In this document: piece by piece, positions 9,174 through 16,873 of the stretch
How the letters are laid out: each line of letters opens with the position of its first letter
How positions within the stretch are numbered: the first letter of the stretch is position 1
From: Bacillota bacterium
GTDB lineage: Bacteria; Bacillota; Clostridia; Christensenellales; Aristaeellaceae
Direction of reading: 5' to 3'
Length of the DNA: 36,835 nucleotides
Assembly (NCBI GenBank): GCA_023391725.1
Contig: JAEWAH010000052.1
Coordinates: forward strand, 1 to 36,835
Notes under the pieces: model-generated
Told to the model about the DNA's origin: nothing
The model's database searches: none
Seen by the model: only the letters and a program-made list of their open reading frames with translations
Program-made: the position numbers and the translations under genes

Positions 9174-10199
9174 TCACGACAGCATCTCGATGATCTTCCT
9201 GGCCGCGCCTTCGTCTGTGACGAGCATTTCGTGGCGGTAATGGCGCAGCACCGCGATCATGGCCTCCGCCTTCTTTTCGCCTGCGGCCACAGCAATCATC
9301 AGGCAGTTTGGCTTAAGTCTGCCCAAGTCCACTCCCACGCTGGAGGCGGTGTACAGGCACTTGCCCTCCTGGTCGAAGTAGTAGCCAAACGCCTCGGCCA
9401 CAGCACCATCCGTCAGCAGCTTGCGGGTGAGGCTCACCGACAGGTGCCGGTGTTTGGCCATCTCATCCGCCCGGCCGATACCATGAAGGATCACGTCCGC
9501 GCGCTGCAAAAGCTCGATGGTCTCCCGCACCTCGGGAAGCTTGCGCATCTCCTGCATGGCCGCGGCGTCCATATGGTCGGGGAGGTGCATCAAACGGTGA
9601 TGGCCGCCAAGCTTCCGGGCGATCTCTGCCGCCAGGGTGTTGGCCTGGGTCTCTACCGCGCGGCCCATGCCGCCCCGGGCCGGTACCACCATCACGTTTA
9701 GGGGCGATGACGGCGCCAGATTCCGCGCCACCTCCGCCATGGTGCCGCCGCCTGTGACCGCCAAGGTATCCCCGCTTTGCAGAATTCCCCGCAAACGCTG
9801 CGCCGCCATCCGTCCCACATCGTGGAGCACATGTGGTTCTTCGTCCGCGTTACCCGCCGCCACAAAAACACGTGGAACATTCAAAAGCCCCGACAGCGTG
9901 GTCTCCAGCGCGGTGAGCCCGCGCATGGCCCGGCTGAACTCCCTGGCCCCCGGCAGAATAGTTTCCGCTGATGAGGTGAGCGTCATCCCCGCCGCGTCCA
10001 GGTTGATGAAGCCCTCTTCCTTGAGCACCGATGCAACCGCCCGAATCTCCCGCTCTGGCAGGTTCAGGCGCATGGCCAATTGCCTGCGGCCCACCGGCTG
10101 CATCGCCGCGATCCGCTCCAGGACCAGGGCCCGGCGGCCCATCTCCCGCGCCAGGTCAGGGGCCAAATGCTGCATCAGACCAAGAAAATCCTCCTGCAT
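9174..10199 (-). CDS. cggR: SorC/DeoR-family sugar-binding transcriptional regulator, central glycolytic genes repressor type
   Basis: Start moved to ATG 10199 (MQEDFLGL...) with GGAGGA 7 nt upstream. It has an N-terminal HTH region (PVGRRQLAMRLNLPEREIRAVASVLKEEGFI) plus a SorC effector domain. It sits at the head of pgk-tpiA-gpmI. Confidence 0.85.
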   Translation of the reverse strand: MQEDFLGLMQHLAPDLAREMGRRALVLERIAAMQPVGRRQLAMRLNLPEREIRAVASVLKEEGFINLDAAGMTLTSSAETILPGAREFSRAMRGLTALETTLSGLLNVPRVFVAAGNADEEPHVLHDVGRMAAQRLRGILQSGDTLAVTGGGTMAEVARNLAPSSPLNVMVVPARGGMGRAVETQANTLAAEIARKLGGHHRLMHLPDHMDAAAMQEMRKLPEVRETIELLQRADVILHGIGRADEMAKHRHLSVSLTRKLLTDGAVAEAFGYYFDQEGKCLYTASSVGVDLGRLKPNCLMIAVAAGEKKAEAMIAVLRHYRHEMLVTDEGAARKIIEMLS

Positions 10200-10221
10200 T
10201 CCCTTTCCTCCGGCGGGCTTA

Positions 10222-10283
10222 AACTGTCCCACTTGACCATTTCCGTCCCACGCAAGTATACAGCAATCTTACAAAAACCGCAA
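10222..10283 (-). promoter_or_regulatory. cggR promoter plus CggR-operator-like tandem direct repeat
   Basis: The minus strand reads TTGCGG (10283-10278), a 17-nt spacer, TATACT (10260-10255), then TGGGACggaaatGGTCaagTGGGACagtttaagcc. The TGGGAC units are at 10250-10245 and 10231-10226 with a 19-nt period, directly before the RBS. Confidence 0.6.
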
Positions 10284-10368
10284 GCCCTCCTCAATAACAT
10301 GCCCGAAAAAAGTGTGGGTTTTTCACCCGCGCGGAGCATAGAATAATTTCACAGGGGAGGGAAGCGCC

Positions 10369-10626
10369 ATGGATAAACTGATCTTCATCTTATTATACGC
10401 AGGGCTTCTTGTACTTATCTTTCTTGCCGGGATGCGCATCGTCCCCTTTAAGCCTGCCTGGAAGCTGCTGGAGCGCGGCCTGCTGGGCGCTGGCGTGCTG
10501 TTTGTGTGGAACCTGCTGGCCGCACCCCTTGGCCTTGCCATTGGCCTCAATCCCCTCACGGCCATCATAACAGGCGCTCTGGGCGCACCCGGGTTGGGGC
10601 TGCTGCTGGTAATCAAGGGAATGTGA
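10369..10626 (+). CDS. bofA: BofA-family pro-sigma-K processing inhibitor
   Basis: 85-aa very hydrophobic protein with the C-terminal glycine-rich helix GLNPLTAIITGALGAPGLGLLLVIKGM, typical of BofA. GGGGAGGG RBS upstream. Confidence 0.7.
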   Translation: MDKLIFILLYAGLLVLIFLAGMRIVPFKPAWKLLERGLLGAGVLFVWNLLAAPLGLAIGLNPLTAIITGALGAPGLGLLLVIKGM

Positions 10627-10646
10627 CCAGGGGCTCCATCCGAAAG

Positions 10647-10742
10647 CTCAATCATCGCACTGCTGCGCTACGCTGGCATTGCTTGTTTCGCTTGTTTCCT
10701 ACGCCTCGCTTCATCCGCCACAGGCGGCGCTCAGCTCCGGAA
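10647..10742 (-). repeat. family B repeat, copy B2 (inverted orientation)
   Basis: Reverse complement of B1/B3. The 24-mer cgcttcatccgccacaggcggcgc at 10707-10730 is the reverse complement of 4493-4516. It is enclosed by the stem ccagggg (10627-10633) / cccctgg (10743-10749). Confidence 0.85.
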
Positions 10743-10755
10743 CCCCTGGGCCCCG

Positions 10756-10797
10756 CTCAAGGGATACAACCCCTTAAGAATCCCCATGCTGGGGGAC
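10756..10797 (+). repeat. family D repeat, copy D2
   Basis: ctcaagggatacaaccccttaagaatccccatgctggggga. It matches the reverse complement of 21730-21770 over nearly its full length. Confidence 0.8.
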
Positions 10798-10903
10798 AAA
10801 CCTTCCCCTTGAGGGGAAGGCTTTGAGGATATGCCGTACCGCTCAATCATATATCTTGATACAAAGCGAAGGCCTTCCCTTCACAGGAAAGCCTTTCATT
10901 TGC

Positions 10904-12049
10904 TTACACATCCACGACCTCCATATTCGCCACCGCTTCCTGGATCATGGCCTCGCTATCCAGCAAAGCCTCCTCTGCCTCCAGGATCTTTTCCAGTTTG
11001 GGCCTTGTTGCGGGATGGCGGGGGGTAAACACGGTGCAGCAATCTTCATAAGGCAATGATGAGGTCTCAAACGTACCGATGCGCTGGGCCACGTCGATGA
11101 TCTCCTGCTTGTCAAAACCGATCAAGGGCCTGAACACCGGCAGGGAGGAAGCGTTGTCGGTGCATTGCAGCGCCTCCATGGTCTGGCTGGCCACCTGGCC
11201 GATGCTCTCGCCGGTGATCAAGCCCTGGGCGCGCTCTTTATGGGCTACGGCTTCCGCGATGCGCATCATGAACCTGCGCATAATGACGGTGGTGTATTCC
11301 TCCGGGCATTTTTCATGGATCTCCATCTGGATGCGGGTAAAGGGCACGATGTGCAGCCGCACCCCGCACAAGCTCTCGGACAGGATGCGTGCCAGGGAAA
11401 TCACCTTTTCCTTGGCCCTGTCGCTGGTGTAGGGATACGAGTGGAAATGCACGGCGGAAACCGTAACGCCGCGCTTGGCGATCATGTATCCTGCCACCGG
11501 GCTATCGATGCCGCCGGATAGAAGCAGAGTCGCCCGCCCGTTGGTACCCACGGGCATGCCGCCCGCCGCAGACAGCACATCACAATAGAGATAAGCCAGA
11601 TCCCGTATCTCCACGTGCATGATATGCTCGGGATCGTGCACATCCACCGAAAGGCCAGGCGTGTTTTGAAGGATATATTCCCCCATGCGCCGGTTGATCT
11701 CCGGGGAGTCAAATTCATAATGCTTGTCGGAGCGCCGGGCCAGGACTTTGAAGGTGCCCGTTTTGCCCGCCATCATGTCCGCGGCCTTTTTGCAGATGGC
11801 GTCAAAGTCACCCTTTTCCATCTCCACTGCGGGGCACACGGAATGCACGCCGAACACCTTGCGCACCCGGCGAATGCACTCGTCCATATCCGCGCCGCTG
11901 ACGAAAACGCGGCTGTCGTGCAGCCACACCTGACCGTTCAGGCTTGATACAGCGGATTTGACGCGCTCCACCAGCATCCGCAGAAAATAGGGCCGGTTCA
12001 GACCCTTCAAATAAATTTCGCCGAAGCGGACCAAGAGGACCTGGCGCAT
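10904..12049 (-). CDS. thiI: tRNA 4-thiouridine(8) synthase ThiI
   Basis: 381 aa. N-terminus RFGEIYLKG (THUMP region), PP-loop LLLSGGIDSPVAGYM. AAGGAGA RBS. Confidence 0.9.
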   Translation of the reverse strand: MRQVLLVRFGEIYLKGLNRPYFLRMLVERVKSAVSSLNGQVWLHDSRVFVSGADMDECIRRVRKVFGVHSVCPAVEMEKGDFDAICKKAADMMAGKTGTFKVLARRSDKHYEFDSPEINRRMGEYILQNTPGLSVDVHDPEHIMHVEIRDLAYLYCDVLSAAGGMPVGTNGRATLLLSGGIDSPVAGYMIAKRGVTVSAVHFHSYPYTSDRAKEKVISLARILSESLCGVRLHIVPFTRIQMEIHEKCPEEYTTVIMRRFMMRIAEAVAHKERAQGLITGESIGQVASQTMEALQCTDNASSLPVFRPLIGFDKQEIIDVAQRIGTFETSSLPYEDCCTVFTPRHPATRPKLEKILEAEEALLDSEAMIQEAVANMEVVDV

Positions 12050-12112
12050 GACTTAATCTCCTTGCTGATGAATGATTCCGGCGGGGGCAAGCCACCGCCC
12101 TATACGGAAAGA

Positions 12113-12269
12113 GGTTTCGCGCCTGCGGGCGCGACCAGGGCTCCCAAGCCGAAGCGCCGCCTGTGGCGGATGAAGCGCGGCGGAGGAGGCTGGCGAAACG
12201 AGCAATGCGAACGCAGTGAACAGTGCGACGATTGAGCCAGATGGGCGATCGCCCTGGACCTTCGGAGGC
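12113..12269 (+). repeat. family A copy A5 carrying family B copy B3 (12142-12236) inside the loop of its second hairpin
   Basis: ggtttCGCGCCTGCGGGCGCGACCAGGGC [about 110 nt including the B core] GATCGCCCTGGACCTTCGGAGGC. The flanks are collinear with uninterrupted A1/A2. Confidence 0.85.
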
Positions 12270-12308
12270 ATCCATGTAATAAAAAGCAGTCCTAGTACTG
12301 AATAGGTT

Positions 12309-13460
12309 TTACCTTCTCACATACCTCGCCAGCACCTCATAATGTGCGCGCACCCGCTCCACTGTATAGTCAATCTCTTCCTCAGTCGTAAAGGGCGAGA
12401 GGCTGAAGCGGATGGCGGATTCGGCATCTTGCTGGGGCACGTTCATGGCCCGAAGTGTTTCCGACACCTTCTGCCGGCGGGAGGAGCATGCCGAGCCCAT
12501 GCTCACAAAAATGTTATCTCCGGCCAGGGCATAGAGCATGGTCTCTGAGCGCACGGGGGTCAGGGAAACGTTCAGGATATGCGGGCTGCAAAAGGGGCTG
12601 TCTAAATCCGGCCCGTTGATCCTCACCTTTGGCAGATTGTCAGCCAAGCCTCCGTACATCCTCCGCTTAAGCTTCCTCATCCGCTCGGCCGCGTCCTCCG
12701 GGAAAGTCCCCACCGCGGCAAAAAGCCCCGCGATGCCGGGCGTATTCTCCGTACCGGAGCGCAATCCCTTTTCTTGGCCGCCGCCGAACTCCCGGGCGGT
12801 CACCTTGTGGCCCTTTTGCAATATCAGCGCGCCCACGCCCTTGGGGCCGTGGATCTTGTGGGCGCTCAAAGCGTAGGACTGGATATTCAGTTCCTTCATG
12901 GAAAGGGGCAGCCGCAAAAAACCCTGTACCCCGTCCACATGGATCGCCGCCCGGGGGCAATACCGATCCCTGAGGGCCGCGATCTCCTTTAATGGCTGGA
13001 TAGCCCCTGTCTCGTTGTTCACCTGCATGATACAAAGGAGCAGCACGGTATCATCCAGAATGCCCGAAAGCCTATCCGGGTCCACGACCCCATCCACACC
13101 CACAGGGATGCCGATGGCTTTATGCCCCATCCGTTCCGCAGCCAGGCAGCTTTCCTTCACCGCGGGATGCTCCACTGCGGTATACAAAACCTTCCCCGGT
13201 TTTTTCACTGTCTGCAGATGGCCCAGGATCGCCAGGTTATCGGCTTCGGTGCCGCCGGCAACAAAAAAGACCTCCTCCGGGTCGGCCTTTACGCGCGCGG
13301 CCAAAAGCTCCCGGCAGGCCATGAGGCGCTTTTCCGCCGCGAGCGCGGGGCCATAGGGTGAGGAGGGGTTAAAGTATTCCTCCCGCATGGCCTTTTCCAC
13401 GGCGGATATCGCCGCCGGACTGGGCTGTGTTGTGGCACTGTTGTCCAGATATGCTTGCAT
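12309..13460 (-). CDS. nifZ: cysteine desulfurase (NifS/IscS family), paired with thiI
   Basis: Start moved to ATG 13460 (MQAYLDNSATTQP...). PLP-lysine motif SAHKIHGPKG and catalytic loop GSACSS. Adjacency to thiI resembles the B. subtilis nifZ-thiI pair. Confidence 0.85.
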   Translation of the reverse strand: MQAYLDNSATTQPSPAAISAVEKAMREEYFNPSSPYGPALAAEKRLMACRELLAARVKADPEEVFFVAGGTEADNLAILGHLQTVKKPGKVLYTAVEHPAVKESCLAAERMGHKAIGIPVGVDGVVDPDRLSGILDDTVLLLCIMQVNNETGAIQPLKEIAALRDRYCPRAAIHVDGVQGFLRLPLSMKELNIQSYALSAHKIHGPKGVGALILQKGHKVTAREFGGGQEKGLRSGTENTPGIAGLFAAVGTFPEDAAERMRKLKRRMYGGLADNLPKVRINGPDLDSPFCSPHILNVSLTPVRSETMLYALAGDNIFVSMGSACSSRRQKVSETLRAMNVPQQDAESAIRFSLSPFTTEEEIDYTVERVRAHYEVLARYVRR

Positions 13461-13462
13461 AT

Positions 13463-13993
13463 TTACGCCTGGTATGCCCCCCTGGACAAATACTGCTTGA
13501 TCAGGCCTACCATTTCTTCGGAAGGCTCTATCACGATGACACGCTTTGATCCTTCCTTGGCAAAGAAAAAGTAGTACAATTCCGCGCCACGGTTCAAAAA
13601 CCAATTGTCCCTCTTCACGCCCTGCATGGTGATGTAGCGCTGGAAAGAGGGAGAAGTGACAGGGCCAAAGGCTTCTACGTTCTTGACGCGCATGGTGCCA
13701 AGGCTCTTGCGCTTGTTGTTGTTGAACACCTGGGCAAAGTCCATTTCTCCGTTGGTGAAGGTGTATTCATACTCTGAGCGCAGCCGGTCCCTGCGCAAAA
13801 ACAGCAGCACTGCGCCGCCGCCGCTGATTACGATCGCGATCACGGTGTACAGGTCAAAGGCCACGAACAGCACCTGCAGCTGCATCACGGCAAACAACGC
13901 CAGTATCACCATCACCACAGCCGAAATCATGTAGACCGCTTCGTCCAGGCCCCGGCTTTTCTTGACCACAATTTCTTCCTTAAAATGATCCAT
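13463..13993 (-). CDS. hypothetical membrane protein (two TM helices plus soluble C-terminal domain)
   Basis: ATG 13993 (MDHFKEE...) is preceded by GAGGAGGA at 6 nt. Its stop lies 2 nt before the nifZ start, suggesting translational coupling. Confidence 0.6.
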   Translation of the reverse strand: MDHFKEEIVVKKSRGLDEAVYMISAVVMVILALFAVMQLQVLFVAFDLYTVIAIVISGGGAVLLFLRRDRLRSEYEYTFTNGEMDFAQVFNNNKRKSLGTMRVKNVEAFGPVTSPSFQRYITMQGVKRDNWFLNRGAELYYFFFAKEGSKRVIVIEPSEEMVGLIKQYLSRGAYQA

Positions 13994-14022
13994 TTGCAAT
14001 CCTCCTCGCTTGTAAGTAAGGA

Positions 14023-14472
14023 CTAAATCAGATAGAGGCCCGTGACGATCAGGCCCAGCAACGCCCCGGCGAACACCTCCAGGGGCGTATGGCCGATGAG
14101 TTCTTTCAGATCCGCGTCGGAAATGTGTTTGGCGTCCACGAACAGATCGTGCAGGATGCGGTTGATCACCGCCGCCTGTGTGCCCGTCTCCCTGCGCACT
14201 CCCGCCGCGTCGTACATGACGATGATGGCCAGCGCAAAGGAGATGGCAAATTCCCCCGTATCAAACCCCATCCGCGCCCCGATCATGGCGGCCAGCGCCA
14301 CCACCAGCGCGGTGTGAGAACTGGGCATGCCGCCGGAGCCCATCCATCTGTGCCAGTTCAACTCCCGCTCCACCAGCCAATAGATGGGCACCTTCAGCGC
14401 CTGGGCAATGAACCATGAGGTCATGGCGCAAAGCAGGATCCTGTTTTGAAAAATCTCCAGCACGCTATGCAA
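14023..14472 (-). CDS. divergent PAP2 family protein (DUF212 / YuiD-like)
   Basis: Motifs GGMPSSHTA, YDAAGVRR, GHTPLEV. The start is uncertain. The ORF is open to TTG 14553, which has an AGAGGA RBS but lies inside ispA. Alignment from memory to B. subtilis YuiD favours TTG 14472 or GTG 14463. Confidence 0.75.
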   Translation of the reverse strand: MHSVLEIFQNRILLCAMTSWFIAQALKVPIYWLVERELNWHRWMGSGGMPSSHTALVVALAAMIGARMGFDTGEFAISFALAIIVMYDAAGVRRETGTQAAVINRILHDLFVDAKHISDADLKELIGHTPLEVFAGALLGLIVTGLYLI

Positions 14473-14512
14473 CGAAAACGGCCGCCCCTCTATCAAGCAA
14501 TTAATGATGCAC

Positions 14513-15430
14513 TTATTGTACCCGGTCCAGCATGCTTTGCGCAAGGCATGCAAGAAAGTTTCCTCTTTGTTTAAATACGGACAAGGCGTCTATCGCCACA
14601 TCGATATGCTCCCGGGCATCCTGGCGCGCTTTTTCGATCCCCACGCAGGAAGGCCAGGTGAGCTTTTGATGCTTCTCATCCGCTCCCACCCGCTTGCCAA
14701 GGATGGCTTCTTCCCCCGTGAGGTCCAGGAGGTCGTCCATGATCTGAAATGCCAGGCCCAGATGCTCCCCGAAGGACGATCCGGCTTTGATTTCTTCCTC
14801 ATTCGCCCCGGCAAGGTGAAGCCCGGCCTCCATGGCCCCGGTGAACATATCCGCTGTCTTTCTTAGGTGGATGCAGGAGACAAGATCGATATCCGGCGCG
14901 TGGCCTTCCATGGACACATCCAAAGCCTGTCCGGCGATCATCCCTGTGACCCCGGCCCGGCGGGCGATAGCTTTCGCCGCGGCCACAGCCCCGGGCGTGC
15001 CAAGCTTCACGGCCTGGTTCAGCATTGTTTCAAAGGCCATATGAAAAAGCCCATCCCCTGCCAGAATGGCCATGCCCTCCCCGTACATCTTGTGACAGGT
15101 GGGCTTACCCCGGCGCAGGTCATCATCGTCCATGGCGGGCAGATCGTCGTGAATGAGGGAATAGGTGTGGATCATCTCGAGCGCCACGGCATACGGCAGC
15201 GCAGGGGTGACATCCTCCGATTTCAAGGCATGGGCCGCCAGCAGGATCACCGGCCGCAACCGCTTGCCCCCAGCCATTAGACTATAGCGCATGGCCTCAC
15301 CCAGGAGCCGTGGGATATCCTCGCGGCCTGCGGGAATGGTTTCCCCGGAAGGGATGGCGTTTTGAAGCGCCCCGTTGACCATGCTCAAATAGAAATCATA
15401 CGTCTTGTTCATATCGTTTATAGCTTTCAC
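14513..15430 (-). CDS. ispA: polyprenyl (farnesyl/geranylgeranyl) diphosphate synthase
   Basis: First and second aspartate-rich motifs LIHDDLPAMDDDDLRRGKPT and FQIMDDLLD. GTG start overlaps the xseB stop (GTGA). Confidence 0.9.
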   Translation of the reverse strand: MKAINDMNKTYDFYLSMVNGALQNAIPSGETIPAGREDIPRLLGEAMRYSLMAGGKRLRPVILLAAHALKSEDVTPALPYAVALEMIHTYSLIHDDLPAMDDDDLRRGKPTCHKMYGEGMAILAGDGLFHMAFETMLNQAVKLGTPGAVAAAKAIARRAGVTGMIAGQALDVSMEGHAPDIDLVSCIHLRKTADMFTGAMEAGLHLAGANEEEIKAGSSFGEHLGLAFQIMDDLLDLTGEEAILGKRVGADEKHQKLTWPSCVGIEKARQDAREHIDVAIDALSVFKQRGNFLACLAQSMLDRVQ

Positions 15431-15663
15431 GGCGTGTACTCCGCAGGCTCTTCTACAGGGATATCCCCTTGAAGGCGCACTTCGCTGAGCCTGCCTTGTA
15501 TCTTTTCCAGCTGGATTTTCAGGGTTTGGGATAAAGCCATGCCTTCCTCGTAGCGGAGGAGCATGTCATTAAGGGGCAGACCCCCGGCTTCCATTTCCTT
15601 CACCAGCGCTTCCAGACGCTCGATGGACTGTTCAAATGTTTCCGGCTTTTTCGCTTGACTCAA
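15427..15663 (-). CDS. xseB: exodeoxyribonuclease VII small subunit
   Basis: TTG 15663 (SQAKKPETFEQSIERLEALVKEMEAGGLPL...) has GGGGA 7 nt upstream and gives a typical 78-aa XseB. The ORF-track start at 15711 would add an atypical extension. Confidence 0.85.
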   Translation of the reverse strand: MSQAKKPETFEQSIERLEALVKEMEAGGLPLNDMLLRYEEGMALSQTLKIQLEKIQGRLSEVRLQGDIPVEEPAEYTP

Positions 15664-16873
15664 AAGGATTTCCCCTTTCCACGCGTTCCGTGAGTGCTTC
15701 CACCTGTCCATCGGAAAACACTACCCGGAGCTTATCCCCCGCGGTGATCCCTGCCGCCGTCACGGGAACGCCTTCCTTCATGGCGATGGCGTAACCTCGG
15801 TTCAGCACCTGCATGGGGCCCAGTGCCGACAGCTTGGCGCTGAGTGTCTCCAGCCGCTTTTGCCTGCTCATCAGGGCGAATTGCAGGCTGTTTTCAAGCC
15901 TTGCACGGAGCTGCTCCGTTTGATGCAGCGTGTCCCGCACCCGCACCTTGGGATGCAGCTTTTGCAGCCTGTTTTGAAGAAACGAAAGCCGTTCCTGCTT
16001 TTCCATCAGCGTCCGCTCGGCGCCCCTAAATAGTCTTGCTTCCCATTGGGAAAGGGCCTCGTAAAGGCCTTCCCGCTGCGGCACCGTCACCTCCGCCGCA
16101 GCGGAAGGGGTAGGGGCGCGCATGTCGGCCACAAAGTCGGCGATGGTAAAGTCCGTCTCATGGCCCACGGCGGAAACCACGGGGACCGGGCAGGCAGCAA
16201 TGGCCCTTGCCACGATCTCCTCATTGAAGGCCCACAAGTCTTCCATGGAGCCACCGCCCCGGCCCACGATGATCACCGAGATGCCAGGCATATGACCGAG
16301 TGCTTCAATGCCCCGGGCAATCTCCTGGGCCGCGCCCTCCCCCTGCACCGCAGCGGGGAAAAGGGCAAGAGGCATGCCGGGAAAGCGCCGCCAGGCCACA
16401 CGGCAGATATCATGGAGCACCGCCCCGGTGCGAGAGGTGACGATGCCCACCTTTTCAGGCAGCAGCGGCAGGGGACGCTTGCGGGAAGCATCGAACAGTC
16501 CCTCTTTTTGAAGCCTGTTTTTCAGTTCCTCAAAGCGCAGATAAAGATCCCCCATGCCGTCTTCCCGCATGCCTTCGGCGTAAAACTGATACGCCCCGTC
16601 CCTGGGGAAAAGGCTTACGCTCCCGATCAAAACCACCTGCAACCCATCCCTGGGCATCAGCTTCACCGACAGGGTGTTCTGGCGGAACATCACGCAGTTG
16701 ATGCGGGAGTCATCGTCTTTCAGGGAAAAATACCAGTGGCCGGAGGTATGGCGCTTGAAGTTGGATATCTCTCCCCGCAGGCGAAGCCTTTGAAGCATGG
16801 GGTCCGCGGCCAGCGTCCGGCGCACGTATTCATTGAGCGCGCTCACGGAGAGCACGCCATCCGACGCTCTCAT
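15632..16873 (-). CDS. xseA: exodeoxyribonuclease VII large subunit
   Basis: 413 aa. N-terminal OB-fold region LSVSALNEYVRRTL...GEISNF and a catalytic core with GRGGGSMEDLWAFN. ATGA overlap with the folD stop. Confidence 0.9.
   Translation of the reverse strand: MRASDGVLSVSALNEYVRRTLAADPMLQRLRLRGEISNFKRHTSGHWYFSLKDDDSRINCVMFRQNTLSVKLMPRDGLQVVLIGSVSLFPRDGAYQFYAEGMREDGMGDLYLRFEELKNRLQKEGLFDASRKRPLPLLPEKVGIVTSRTGAVLHDICRVAWRRFPGMPLALFPAAVQGEGAAQEIARGIEALGHMPGISVIIVGRGGGSMEDLWAFNEEIVARAIAACPVPVVSAVGHETDFTIADFVADMRAPTPSAAAEVTVPQREGLYEALSQWEARLFRGAERTLMEKQERLSFLQNRLQKLHPKVRVRDTLHQTEQLRARLENSLQFALMSRQKRLETLSAKLSALGPMQVLNRGYAIAMKEGVPVTAAGITAGDKLRVVFSDGQVEALTERVERGNPFESSEKAGNI

Noticed and set aside
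4449-12269. Possibility that the recurring repeats are a CRISPR array
   Set aside because: The copies are kilobases apart and separated by housekeeping genes. They are not regularly spaced, they occur in both orientations, and no cas genes are present.
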